DNA of 64,000 nt from Candidatus Latescibacterota bacterium. Lineage in GTDB: Bacteria; Latescibacterota; UBA2968; UBA8231. The notes beneath the pieces were generated by a model. It was not told the origin of the DNA and did not search any database. It worked only from the letters and a program-made list of their open reading frames with translations. Positions 1-10,900 of this stretch are shown piece after piece. The stretch lies in the NCBI GenBank assembly GCA_965204725.1, contig OZ242005.1:2624001-2688000 (forward strand), in the 5' to 3' direction. How positions within the stretch are numbered: position 1 is the stretch's first letter; the number at the start of each line of letters is the position of its first letter. The position numbers were made by a program, and so were the translations under genes.

Positions 1-626
1 GGCTTGGGCTCGGCAAAACTTTCGATCAGTAGGCGGTCTTCCTCTTGACTGAGGCGCGGATAGAAGCGAATGCGGTTGATCGGCACATTGGCACCGAAGT
101 CGAATATGATCGCATCGTAAAAAGGACGCCCTTTGCCGATGCCCGGTGCCTTGTTGGGATCCTGCGTAAAGGGGCGGAACTGAGCGGATACGGGATTGGC
201 GTCGAGCATGAGCTTGTTGAGGGGGGCGTTGTTGCCGGCAAAGAGACAATTGTAAGCCGAAGTCCCATTGCCGTAGGATACGCTGACCTCCCCGCCGGTG
301 AAATTCAGGGGGACTTCGTTTGATTCGGCGCTTAAATCGGTCAGGGCTAAATTTTCGTGCGGATCGATGAAGCGAGGGCGGATGGAGAAGTCGGAGAAAT
401 CGACGAGGGTGTCGCCGCCGGTCTCTTGCGGGGCCGTGCCCACAGCGACGCTCCTGAGCAAACTGCCGTTGGCGTCATAGACCCGATACGCACCCACTTC
501 GGCTTGGCTGCGGGCGTCCTGCCAAGACGGGCCTTCTACCCCTCCCAGATGGTACTCGGTTCGGGCGTTCACCCAAGCAGCGGTGAGCAGGACCGTGCAG
601 ACGCAGAAAGACAAAGACCTAAGCAT
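1..626 (-). CDS. Secreted protein, paralog of 769..2886 (5' part only; runs off the left edge)
   Basis: Not in the ORF track; translated by hand. ATG at 626 follows AAGGAAGGA. MLRSLSFCVCTVLLTAAWVNA-RTEYHLGG is a signal peptide. The frame is open to base 1 and contains IIFDFGANVPINRIRFYPR, matching LNLGGRFGVNRIRFYPR in 769..2886. Confidence 0.85.
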   Translation of the reverse strand, partial: MLRSLSFCVCTVLLTAAWVNARTEYHLGGVEGPSWQDARSQAEVGAYRVYDANGSLLRSVAVGTAPQETGGDTLVDFSDFSIRPRFIDPHENLALTDLSAESNEVPLNFTGGEVSVSYGNGTSAYNCLFAGNNAPLNKLMLDANPVSAQFRPFTQDPNKAPGIGKGRPFYDAIIFDFGANVPINRIRFYPRLSQEEDRLLIESFAEPK

Positions 627-768
627 GGCTCATCCTTCCTTGAACTGGGGGACGAGATTTTCTATATAGTAGGCAAAATAAGGCCATATCGACTCGTTGC
701 CAAAAGTCATTTCACAAGCACTGGCTGCCAACAGGCGCCGCTGCCTCGGTTATATTGGGAGTGCTTCG

Positions 769-2886
769 ATGCGTGTATTGGGCTATTTTCCGCGCATTTT
801 TGCGCTAGCATCAGGGTTGCTAGCGGTCGCTTGGGGCCCCGTTTTCGCCCTCGAAACCGTTACCTTGGGGGAGGATGGCGGCTTGGATTGGCGGGGCGAG
901 GGCCGTTCCGCCGTGGCGGTCATTGACGCAGAGCATCGATCGCCCCTCAACCCCAACCGCCTGCTCGTGGGCAACGCGCCGGGGAATCTAGTCGAGTTCG
1001 CGCATCCCGATTTTCCCCGCGCTATCTTTCCCCTCCGCATAGAAGACGGCGAAAACATCGCCAACAACACGGTGGCGCGAGGCGGCAACATAGACGCGCC
1101 CAACATTTTCGACTTTGGCCGTGACGTCGGCGTCGCCAGCGGCAGCATATTTGATCGCAACGACCTCCGACTGGCTTTGGAGGAGTTGCTCACGAGCGAG
1201 GATGGCGGTGAAAAGCAGGCGTTTGAGCGCAAGAATTTCAACGCCCTCGGCACACTGGTAATCCTCAACTTGGGAGGGCGTTTTGGCGTCAATCGCATCC
1301 GCTTCTATCCGCGCAATACCGTCCATAAATCCCCAGCCACGCCCTTTCACAACGACTTCTTGCGGGCCTTTGAGCTTTTCACCAACGACGGGATCAGCTT
1401 AACCAACGATGGCAGTTTGATCTGGGACCCCCTGCTGTTGCAGGCCGACAACGAAAATCCCGTCATCGACATAACGATAGACCCGCCCAGTTACGTTCAG
1501 TTCGTGCGCCTGCGAGCCACCTCTACGGTCAACTTCGAGATCGACGAATTCGAGGTGTACGGCACGGGCTTCCTTTCCGAAGTCCGGTACATTTCGGATA
1601 TATTCGACGCGGGCCAGCCCGCCCTCTGGGGCGATATGCGGTGGGTAGAAGAAGTCGTCGGCCCCGAGGTCTTTTCCCGCTTGCAGATTCGCACCCGCAC
1701 GGCAAACGACGCCACGCCCTTTGTCTTTACGCGGCTGTTGGCGGGTCAGCGCGACGCCGAGGAGATTCCGCTCTCGTTGGCGGACCCGACCCAAGAAATG
1801 GAACTAGCCGAGTACGAGACGCTGCCCAAGGACGACGCCCTAGGCCGTCAGTGGAACCCCGGCCTAGTCAGGGACGATCTAATCAACTGGAGTCCGTTCA
1901 GCACCCCCTATCCCGCGAGTGCGGCCAACGGCCCTGGGATTCCAATCGCCTCTCCCAGCCCGAACCGTTACTTCCAGTTTCAAGTCTTTTTTCAAAGCGA
2001 CGACCTAGCGGCAGCCCGGGGGCTAAAATCCCTGAGTTTTGATGTGCTGACGCCGCCCTTTGCCGACGAAGTGATCGGCGAGGTTTTTCCGCGCGAGGTT
2101 CGCATAGCCGAAAACACCGGCTTCACGTACGCCATCCGTCCGGTCTTGGCGACGGCCGGCCTGCGCGGTTTTGACACCATAGAGATACTCACCCCGACCC
2201 GAGTAGAGAGCATAGATCGCCTATCGTTGGTGGATGGAACCGGACAACTCGTCGCCGAGCGCGTCTTTGCTGGGCTCGAGGACACGACCCGCGTTGATGG
2301 ATTCCAAATTCTCGCGGTGGACGACGACAAATTCTCGGTGCGGATTCCCTTCCTGCAAGCAGGCGATGCGCTAGTAAAAATTCACTTTCAGACCGAGGTG
2401 CTGACCTATAGCACCAACTTCACGGCGGCGGTCCGGCTTTCCAACGAAGCGGGGAGTATATCCCAAGCCGTCGTTTCGGGCGATGCCGCAATGCTGGCCG
2501 ACGACGACGATGCCGATCTATCCGGCACCACGGTATTGAGCCCCGCCATGCTGCGCCAAGGCCGTTTGCTAGACAAGATGGAGATTGCGCCGGCGGTCTT
2601 TACCCCCAACGGGGATCGGATCAACGATGTGGCGAGGGTGTACTACAACTTGCTCTCTTTGGATGTTGCCCGCCCGGTAGAGATCGCCGTTTACGACCTA
2701 AGCGGTCGCTTAATCCGCCGCATCCACGACGCCCCCGAGCGCAATGGTCGCTACGAAGACAAGACGTGGGACGGACTCAGTGCCCAAGGGCAGCTAGTCC
2801 CGCCGGGGCTCTATATCGTGCGGTTGGCCGTAGAAGGGGACGCCCAACACGACGAGCAGTCCCGGCTTGTGGGCGTGGCGTATTGA
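769..2886 (+). CDS. Secreted protein with C-terminal FTPNGD/FlgD-Ig-like domain
   Basis: ORF 697..2886. ATG at 769 follows GGGAG and gives a signal peptide (..LLAVAWGPVFA-LE). The C-terminus has VFTPNGDRIND..VYDLSGRLIR..WDG..VPPGLYIVRL. Confidence 0.8.
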   Translation: MRVLGYFPRIFALASGLLAVAWGPVFALETVTLGEDGGLDWRGEGRSAVAVIDAEHRSPLNPNRLLVGNAPGNLVEFAHPDFPRAIFPLRIEDGENIANNTVARGGNIDAPNIFDFGRDVGVASGSIFDRNDLRLALEELLTSEDGGEKQAFERKNFNALGTLVILNLGGRFGVNRIRFYPRNTVHKSPATPFHNDFLRAFELFTNDGISLTNDGSLIWDPLLLQADNENPVIDITIDPPSYVQFVRLRATSTVNFEIDEFEVYGTGFLSEVRYISDIFDAGQPALWGDMRWVEEVVGPEVFSRLQIRTRTANDATPFVFTRLLAGQRDAEEIPLSLADPTQEMELAEYETLPKDDALGRQWNPGLVRDDLINWSPFSTPYPASAANGPGIPIASPSPNRYFQFQVFFQSDDLAAARGLKSLSFDVLTPPFADEVIGEVFPREVRIAENTGFTYAIRPVLATAGLRGFDTIEILTPTRVESIDRLSLVDGTGQLVAERVFAGLEDTTRVDGFQILAVDDDKFSVRIPFLQAGDALVKIHFQTEVLTYSTNFTAAVRLSNEAGSISQAVVSGDAAMLADDDDADLSGTTVLSPAMLRQGRLLDKMEIAPAVFTPNGDRINDVARVYYNLLSLDVARPVEIAVYDLSGRLIRRIHDAPERNGRYEDKTWDGLSAQGQLVPPGLYIVRLAVEGDAQHDEQSRLVGVAY

Positions 2887-2895
2887 ACGCGAGTT

Positions 2896-5166
2896 CTATC
2901 GCTGTCCGACTATTTTCTGCACCAGTTCTAAATTCTTTTCTACTTCGGCCCTCGCTTTGTCCTGCAAACGCCGTTTTCGCTTGAGTTGGTCGTAGTACGC
3001 GAAGTGCTCCCGCGCTTCCGCTTCGCGGCCGAGGCGCTCGTACACATTGCCCAGACAGGCGTGTACTTGGGCATCCTGCGGCGCGAGTTCGGTAATTTGC
3101 TCGAAGAATACCAGCGCTTCGGGATAGCGCTGCTGCCGAGCCAAGAGTAGCCCCATGCTCCAATAGCCTTCAACGCGGTTTGGCTCGAGGTCGATAGCGC
3201 GGCGCAAAAGGACCTCGGCCCGCTGGGTCTGGCGCGTCTGCTCCAAGAGCGCGGTCGTTTGTCCCGTGGCTGCTTCCGCGACGAGCAGGTCGGCTAAGCG
3301 GATGCGGTACTCGGGTTCGGCAGGGGCTTGCTCCAGCAACGTGCGGTACTCAGCGGCAGCGGCCGGCAACCGGCCTTCTGTTTCGTAAAGCCGGGCTAAC
3401 TGGTAACGCACCAAGGTAGAATCGGGACGCAGGGCTAGGGTGCGGCGATAGGCAGCGGCGGCTTGGCCGAGTTGGCCGGCCATTGCGTGGGCATAGCCGA
3501 TTCGGCCGTGGATGGCCGCCCAGTGGGGGCGCTTTTGGACTACCTGCTCGTAGGTAGCGATCGCGTCCTCGTAGTCGCTCATCTGCAATAGGGCATTGCC
3601 GAGAAAGTAGCGAACTCGGGCCGCCTCGGGGTAGAACTCCAGATATTTTTTGTAGAGCGCGACGGCCTGGTGGTATTCCTTTTCTTCGACGTAGAGGCCT
3701 GCTAGGCGCAAGAGCGCGTCGTCGTGGGCGGGAAGTTGGTTGAGGACCCACTTGTATTCGCGCATGGCATTGGCCGGCATACCTTTGCGCTCGTAAGCAT
3801 AGCCCAGCCAGAAGTGCTGCTGCGGTTCGCCCTCCTCGTCCATAGCCCCGGCGCCGATATTGGCCATGAGCAATAGAAGGGGCAAAGCCACTAGGGCCTT
3901 CCGGCGATAGGGGCTTTCTTTTCCCAGTGAATACAGCCCGAAACCGGCGTAGAGTAAAAGTACGGGCACGACGGGCAGCCGGTAGCGCGCGGTGACGAAG
4001 AAGCCTACCACCGAGACCATGTACGTCAGCGTGAATAGCAAGAAGAGACGCCCCTGCTCAGTCTTACCCGCCGCAGTGCGCGTAAAGAGCACTAGCCCTA
4101 TGAGGGCGAACGGGGCTGCGAATCCGAAGGGGAAGGCCACGCCCTGTTTCCACAAGAGGGCGGACAAAAGCACTGAGTCGCGGCGGGCGAAATATGGATC
4201 GATGTTGCGCTTTATTTCGTCGCCGTGCCAAAATAGATAGAGCTTGTAAAGCTGGAGCCACGCATAGTCGAGCGGATTCGCTGCGGCGAAGTCCCAAGAA
4301 CGGGCGAAAAAGAAACGGGATTTAGCGGATGGGCGTTCAATGCCGGCTTCGCGTTTGGGCATTTCCACGAGCTGGAGCCACGCCCGACCAGGGCGAATAT
4401 CGACCGTGCGCTGATAGTCGGGGTTGTTGCCAATATAGAAGTTGATGCCGGCGTTGTGCGAGATGAGTACCCAGTCGTTGCCGACTAGATAATTGCGCAA
4501 CGCAACCGGGGCAATGACCAGCGCGATGCCGAGGAAAAACAAGGCTCCTCGCTGGACAAAGTTCCCGCGGGAAAACCAAAGCCAAAGAAGCAATACCGGC
4601 GCGAAAAGGAGAATATTGGCCACCGCTAGGGCGGCCAGCCCTAGTACGAGACCGGCGATCAGCCATGGCCAGCCCCGTTTTAGGGGAGCGGTGAGCAGCA
4701 AGAGCAGCAGAGCCACGTTGAGGAGGAGGGCCGGGATGGTGGGTAGTAATTCGCCGCCAAAGTAAATCAGCGGGCCATAGAAAGCGGCGGCCAGACCCGC
4801 CCCGAGTGCCACGGCGGGGGGAAAGAGACGGAGCCCAAGCAGATAGGTCCCCCCACAGACGAGCGCACCGAATAGGGCTTGGAGCAGGCGGGGCAGGTAG
4901 TAATTTTCGCCGCTTACGGCGAAGAGAAAACCGAGCAGATAGGAATAGAGCGGCGGTTGCCAAAAGGGCGTCGGACGCCCAGCCCAAGAGACCTCGCTGA
5001 GGTAGCGGGCGTCATCGACATAGGTCCGAGCATCGACGACCGGAACGGAGAAAAGCGGGCTTGGAGAGAGTTCGTTCAGGTAGCACAGGCGCAGCCCCAA
5101 GGCCAGCAGGACAACGAGGGCGCAAGTCCAAAGTTCGCGGCGGCCGATCGAAAAGCTCGGGGCCAT
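2896..5166 (-). CDS. GT-C fold (ArnT/PMT, GT39/83-like) membrane glycosyltransferase fused to TPR repeats
   Basis: N-terminal multi-TM domain (VDARTY..FWQPPLY..RYRLP) followed by a long run of TPR-like helices. Confidence 0.8.
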   Translation of the reverse strand: MAPSFSIGRRELWTCALVVLLALGLRLCYLNELSPSPLFSVPVVDARTYVDDARYLSEVSWAGRPTPFWQPPLYSYLLGFLFAVSGENYYLPRLLQALFGALVCGGTYLLGLRLFPPAVALGAGLAAAFYGPLIYFGGELLPTIPALLLNVALLLLLLTAPLKRGWPWLIAGLVLGLAALAVANILLFAPVLLLWLWFSRGNFVQRGALFFLGIALVIAPVALRNYLVGNDWVLISHNAGINFYIGNNPDYQRTVDIRPGRAWLQLVEMPKREAGIERPSAKSRFFFARSWDFAAANPLDYAWLQLYKLYLFWHGDEIKRNIDPYFARRDSVLLSALLWKQGVAFPFGFAAPFALIGLVLFTRTAAGKTEQGRLFLLFTLTYMVSVVGFFVTARYRLPVVPVLLLYAGFGLYSLGKESPYRRKALVALPLLLLMANIGAGAMDEEGEPQQHFWLGYAYERKGMPANAMREYKWVLNQLPAHDDALLRLAGLYVEEKEYHQAVALYKKYLEFYPEAARVRYFLGNALLQMSDYEDAIATYEQVVQKRPHWAAIHGRIGYAHAMAGQLGQAAAAYRRTLALRPDSTLVRYQLARLYETEGRLPAAAAEYRTLLEQAPAEPEYRIRLADLLVAEAATGQTTALLEQTRQTQRAEVLLRRAIDLEPNRVEGYWSMGLLLARQQRYPEALVFFEQITELAPQDAQVHACLGNVYERLGREAEAREHFAYYDQLKRKRRLQDKARAEVEKNLELVQKIVGQR

Positions 5167-5176
5167 GAGGCCGAAG

Positions 5177-7852
5177 TTATTGCAGGCCAGCGTACACGGC
5201 GATGAAACTTTCGGTGATGGTTTCCGATTCGTCGCCCTTGGGGTTGCGCCGGTCTATCCGCATGCCCATCTGCGTGGTGAGCTTATATCCCAGATAGTCG
5301 GATACATTCGTGAACTGAGCGGCTCCGACGATGCTGTTAAAGTCGTTGAGGTCGCGCTCGAAATCGTTGACAAAGGTCAACTCCAAGCCGAACTGCAAGG
5401 TGGTGTGCTGGAGCATGGGAAAACCCAGCAGGAAACCGCCGATTTCGGCTAGTTCGGTCCGTTTTTCTTGCGAAAGCAGGTCGATGGTCTGTTGGCGGTA
5501 CTGGCTCTTCCAGCGCGGCTCAACCCAGAGTCGGCCTAGGTTGATGCGGTAGCTCACTTTGTTGATGACGCCAAAGAAAAAGTCGCGCTGGCGCAGGCCC
5601 AAGGGGGCGCGTTGGTCCTCGTCGAGGCGCTGATAATACAGGTCGTATTTGAGGAAGTTCTTGGCGACGAAGCCGCCGTGCTGGTAGTCGTGGCCCAGCC
5701 ACAGGGCGTTGACATAGGTGTCGCGAGCGATGAGGGGGTCCTCGATCTTGGTCGATTCGCCGGTGCGGATATTGGCGTTGGGCAACCACTGCTGCAGGTC
5801 GTCGGGAATGTCGTCCTCAACGGACTTGAGCATCTCAAAGAGGCGAAAGCGGCCCCAATTAGGCGTGGACGTGTCGAGGGTGAACAGCACGTAGTTGACG
5901 CGGTTTGCTTGATTCGAGGTGATGAGGTCCTCGCGCAAAACTCCGGCCATCAGCCGGACCTCTGGCGTCAGGTGCGTACCGCCATACACGTTGAACCCAC
6001 GATGGTCCTTCTTGTAGGGGTAGTCGGGTGCCTCGTCGTTTTCAAAGCGATCAATCCAAACGTTGTTGTTGAGGTCGATGCCGAAGAGGAACTCGGGGTG
6101 ATCGACATGGTGGCGCAGGAAAGGCTCTTCGTAGTCGGGCACGGAGTTGGAGAGGAAGCGATTGTCGTTCTGGTTGAAGTCGGAGATGAAGTCGTTGTTT
6201 TCGTCCCAGCCGGGATAGACTTCTTGGTCGCCGGCCCGCCAATCCTTGCGCACGGTGTCGGGATAGCGGTCTTGGTCGTCGTTGTCCTCAACGAGCTCCA
6301 CTACGTGGACGCGCTCGTCCTCGTAGTCAATGAAGCCGGAACTCAGCGTGGTGAAGGTCCTCGTGTTGTAGCGCGGATCCATGCTGTAGGCCTCGCCGAA
6401 GGCGAACCAAGGATACGTGTTGCGCGAGAGGTTGATCATCCACGCTGGGGCCGCCCGGTCGCCGCGGAGGCCCGCGGAGGTCGAGTGGCTCTTGCGCAAC
6501 ACGTTGGGGTACTGGGTATAAGAGTAGCTCAAGTCGTATTCGCCGTAGAAGTTGAAGCCAAAAACTTCCGCTAATTCGAGGGTGGCCCCCCAGATTTGGG
6601 TCGCCGTGGGCAAACCGTACTCAAAGCTGACGACCTGCAAGTTGGTGTTGTCTTGGACATTGCCCTCGGCTTGGGCGACCAGCAAGAGCACCGATACATC
6701 CGAGACATTGAGCTGGTTGTTTGAAGAGATCCAGATTTGGTAATCGTTGCCCAGTACTAGGCGGAACTCGACTTTTTTGATGGCCTCCTTAGCCCCGGAT
6801 GAACGATTGACAAACGCCGGGCTGTCAAAATCGTAGCGCAAGCGGATCTCCTCGGTGCCATCGGCCGAGAGAAAGCCTTGGCGGATAAAGCCGCCTTCGA
6901 TGATCGGCTCAAAGCGAATATCCTTGCCCCGGTCCACCGTGCCGTCGTCGTAGGTGATGATGATGTCAGAGCCTGTGGGGAAGAAAGCCGCGCCGCCGAT
7001 TTGGTCTTCGGGCGAATCGTCGCGCAACACGATCTCGATGAAGGAGATCGTCTGGTTTTGGTCGATAGTCAGTTTGCCGGTGACCGGGTTGCCCCTGAAG
7101 CCGCTGATGAGGGTGTTGGACTGGTGGGAATTGACGGCCGTCAAGCCTAGGATAGCGAAGTCGCCCACTTGCACGGTGCCGCGCCCGCCAATCAGGGAGG
7201 TGGCGTTGGTCGCGAGGTTTTCTACGTCGGGGTTGCCACCCGGCTGGCTGAGGCGCGAGTAGATGAGCGTGCCTTGGTACTTGTCGGCTGCGTAATCGAA
7301 CTGGACGCCATCCCAGCGGGGCTTGGAAAAGGTCATCGGAGTAAGCGTGGTGCGGATGTTGTCGCCGATGGTCACCGAATAGTAGTGCTGGCCCTTGGCA
7401 TCGGCCGAGACCAGCAGCCCGCTGAACCAGCGTTGGAAATTGCTGCCTTTGAGGACCGAGGAGCCAAACTGCTGGGGCTGGGCTTGGGAGTTGTTAAAAA
7501 GGAGCCAACCTCGGGTGACGAAGTTGCCGTAGAGGTCGTAGTAGGAGTCGCCCTCGTTGATGATGCTGACGTAGCGCTCGTAGTGTTGGCGCGCATAGTT
7601 GGAGTACTCCCATTGGCGCCACTGGTACTCGTTGTAGAGCTCTTGGGGCACGTACCACCGGCGCTTGGCTGGATCGAGGGCCCCGAAGAGTACCCCAGGC
7701 CCTTGCGGCTCAAAAGAAACTTGGCCGCCTCGTTGGATGGTACCCAGACGAGCACCGTATTCTTGGGCTGAGCCAAGCGGGGGGAGCAGCAGGAGACAAC
7801 ATGGGGCCAGAACAGCCAGCACAAAAGAGCGGGTGCTTTTCGTTCTTTTCAC
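5177..7852 (-). CDS. Large secreted, probable outer-membrane protein of unknown function
   Basis: GTG start after GAGGAGG; signal peptide ending LGSA-QE. Asp/Asn-rich Ca-binding-like loops (DNDDQDRYPD, DENNDFISDFNQNDN, DLNNNVWID). The C-terminal third is alternating amphipathic strands ending ESFIAVYAGLQ. Confidence 0.65.
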   Translation of the reverse strand: MKRTKSTRSFVLAVLAPCCLLLLPPLGSAQEYGARLGTIQRGGQVSFEPQGPGVLFGALDPAKRRWYVPQELYNEYQWRQWEYSNYARQHYERYVSIINEGDSYYDLYGNFVTRGWLLFNNSQAQPQQFGSSVLKGSNFQRWFSGLLVSADAKGQHYYSVTIGDNIRTTLTPMTFSKPRWDGVQFDYAADKYQGTLIYSRLSQPGGNPDVENLATNATSLIGGRGTVQVGDFAILGLTAVNSHQSNTLISGFRGNPVTGKLTIDQNQTISFIEIVLRDDSPEDQIGGAAFFPTGSDIIITYDDGTVDRGKDIRFEPIIEGGFIRQGFLSADGTEEIRLRYDFDSPAFVNRSSGAKEAIKKVEFRLVLGNDYQIWISSNNQLNVSDVSVLLLVAQAEGNVQDNTNLQVVSFEYGLPTATQIWGATLELAEVFGFNFYGEYDLSYSYTQYPNVLRKSHSTSAGLRGDRAAPAWMINLSRNTYPWFAFGEAYSMDPRYNTRTFTTLSSGFIDYEDERVHVVELVEDNDDQDRYPDTVRKDWRAGDQEVYPGWDENNDFISDFNQNDNRFLSNSVPDYEEPFLRHHVDHPEFLFGIDLNNNVWIDRFENDEAPDYPYKKDHRGFNVYGGTHLTPEVRLMAGVLREDLITSNQANRVNYVLFTLDTSTPNWGRFRLFEMLKSVEDDIPDDLQQWLPNANIRTGESTKIEDPLIARDTYVNALWLGHDYQHGGFVAKNFLKYDLYYQRLDEDQRAPLGLRQRDFFFGVINKVSYRINLGRLWVEPRWKSQYRQQTIDLLSQEKRTELAEIGGFLLGFPMLQHTTLQFGLELTFVNDFERDLNDFNSIVGAAQFTNVSDYLGYKLTTQMGMRIDRRNPKGDESETITESFIAVYAGLQ

Positions 7853-7944
7853 GACGACCTCCTCAAGACAGTAGTACTATCACAACTACCAATACCCCAC
7901 GGCCTCAACTAAGTATGGCAAAACCGCTTGTCTGTCAAACGCTC

Positions 7945-10900
7945 CTAATAGGCGATCGAGAGCAGGCGCGCCCGCGTCGCCGAGCGGCTTCCCCGATCTA
8001 CGTCGAGGTTCACTTGGCAAAGGTAGAGTCCGGGCGGCACTTTGCGGCCGTTCAGGTTTGTTCCGTCCCAGCGCGTGCTGAAGCGACCGCTTTGCAACCG
8101 CTGGACATGCTCCCAAACTGGGCGACCCGCCAGTGTGTACACTCGCACCCGAGCCCGTCGTGGAGCGGTGAGCTTGAAGACGGAGAAGTGGATTTCGGTC
8201 GCGTCGTTTATGCCATCGCCGTTGGGGGTAAACGGATTGGGGGCGATGCGGAATTCGTCAACGGCCTTGGCGTTGAGCGGTAGGTTGATCGAAAGGGTAT
8301 TGCTGCCTATCCGCGCTGTCGCGTCGCCCGCTTCGACGCTTTGCCAAGGCGCGGCCATGTTGGCACCGCCGCCGGTGTTGCGCACGGCCAGCCCCAAGGT
8401 CGTGCCGTTGACAAAGACGGGAGCGGCAAAGCGCAGTCGCATTAGGGGGCCTGCGGCGACCACGGTTCCTCGGGCGGAGGTAGGCATGCGGTTATAAGCC
8501 GTCCTATCGAGCGAGTCGCCCACTGCATCAAAGGGGAACTGGGCCCCATCGCCGCGCAGGATACGGAAGTAGCGAATCGGCCCCTGCTGGTCGGCCTCCA
8601 ACGCTTGGTAGGCGACTTTGGAGACTTCGGACAGGATGTGCGCGCCTTGGGCGTCCACGGTGCGGCGGAAATAGCGGATATCGCCCTGTTCCTCCACCTC
8701 GAGCAGGCCATAGGCTGCATCCGTCAGCGGCAAGCCATCTGCGGTCACCGGCACTTGGTCGCCCTCAGCGGTGCGGCGGTGGTACGTGCGGGGGGCATCT
8801 ACAGGCGCGTTGAGGGATTCGGGGAGGCGCACCCAGAGCGAATCGGCACTAGGACTCAGCAGTTCGAGTTGGCTGCGGCCCCCATCGGCAAAAGCGGTAG
8901 GGTCTCCCGCGGGCGAGAAGATCCGCTCCGCTCCAACCGCGCTGTCTTGGATGCCCACTTCGAGAAGTTGCAGCGCTTGGGAGGGGGGCATGACGAGGAG
9001 GATTTCGTCAAAGCCGACGCTGCGCGAGGAGGCGGGCGACTCGATAAACTGAGACTGGACAAAGACCTCGAAGGTATCGATCCGTCCTGGCACCTTTACT
9101 TCAAGGGGCCATAGCTCGGCCACTATATTGGAGACTACCGGGTTGACGAGTTCGATGTTTATGGAGTGGATCGCCGCGGCTATATTGCGGTCTGTAGTCT
9201 CCATCTTGACTTGAATCTGCAGGAACTGGCGCAGCCCCGGCGAAGTGACGCGGTCGCCCGACTGCTGATAGGCTCGACTATAGGGACTCCAGCCGCTAGT
9301 CGGCACAAAGGAGGTATCAATCGGCCCCTTGTAACTGCGGAGCAAGCTGTCCCAAGCATCAAAAGTGAGTTCGGTGCCGGATTTGTCGAAGTATCGGATG
9401 GTTTTGCCCAGCAGATCGCCGGATCGGGTGCGAATTTCGAGGTTGGTGCCGGGTGGGACCTCGCTCTCGTAGGTGATGCGACCGAAGCTGCGAGCGGCTG
9501 GCAATTCAATCAGGTCCGAAGTCAGTACTACCTCGGCGGGGTAGCCTTGGGAAAAGATCTGGTATTCGCCAATATCAGCACCCGTATTGTAGCCACCGCG
9601 GCGGCGAGGATCCACGGAGACGATGGTCATTTCGAGAAAGCGGAGTTCGATTCCATCGTAGGTGTCGAGGAGGTGCTCGTAGAGGTCAACGCTGTTATCT
9701 TCGCGCGCTCGTGGGCTGATGCGGTGCCACTTCAAGCGGCCGGAGGAATCCCGCGAGCCATCCGAGCCGCGCATGATATAGCCGTCGATGACGCGCCGCC
9801 GCCCGGAAGCCGAAACCGCTATGGCGTCGAGGAAGAAGGAAGCACCCATATCGACGGTCAGTACGCCACGCTCGATGAGCGGCGACCAGACCAAGTGCAA
9901 GAAGTTGGTATTGTAGTCGCCGTCAAAGCCCGGGCCGGGCGCGAAATTTTCCCCTGAGAGGAAGAGACTGCCGCCGCCCTCGACGATCCCGGGGCTGATG
10001 TTGTCGCCAAAGCCCCAAACCTCAATATCGGCTAGGCGGGGCCGCTCGCGGACGAAGAATTTTTTAGCTCCTCGCCTTGCGGGTGGCAGGTTGTCGTAGA
10101 ACGTCTCCACCGGCTCTTGGAGGCGGCTCTGGTCTAAGCGTTCCTCAAAACCCTGCCGGTCTTTGACAAAATAGAGGATGTCGCCTCGGTCAGACGGGTC
10201 GAGCGCGAGCCACTGCTCTTCATTGACTTCGGCACCGCGGCCGGCGCGGGTATCCGTGACGACGATGCGGATCGTCTGTACCAGCCGCCCGCGCCAACTA
10301 GCAGAGCTCTTAGGCTGCTCCAGCGCAAAGCTGAAGTCGCGCTGGTCTCGGTTAGGTGCTTGGGTGCCGCCAATGCGGCTCAGTTCCACTTCGTCGGCGT
10401 CTTCAAGGATGGCTTCTTGGTCGGGCGCGGTTAGGACCCTGAAGCGCAGGAACGGGTCGCCAAGCGCTGCGCCTACGAAGTGCAACAAAATCTCATCGAC
10501 CGCCACGACCCGGCCCAAGTCCACTTCGATCCACCAGTCTTTGAGGGGATCGTTGCGGTCCGGTTCCCAGTAGGTGCTTGGGTCGCCATCGAGGATGTTT
10601 TTTGCTGCTTGCGGATTGGAGCCTACCCGGCTGATACCCGGCCGGGCGAAATAGGTATAGAGAGGGTTGTCTTTTCGGTCGGTAATGACGTTGCCCTTCA
10701 CGTCCACTGTGACGGTGCTGTCGATATTGAGGGTGGCGTGCTGGTTTTTCCTGCGCCTAAACTCGGTCAGCGGGCGGGTAAAGGTATCTTGGTCGTCGAG
10801 GATATTGTAGCGCTGGCGCGAGCGGTGGGGTCGAACCCCTCCTTCGGGTATCACGTCAACGGCATGGACGGGTAGCTGCCAGTTGCGCCAGTGTTCGGCG

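Noticed and set aside
357-926. ORF 357..926 (+) and the extended 5' ends given in the ORF track (697, 11112, 13079, 20281, 20340, 56679, 59876)
   Set aside because: They conflict with better-supported genes, or with starts that have an RBS or signal peptide.
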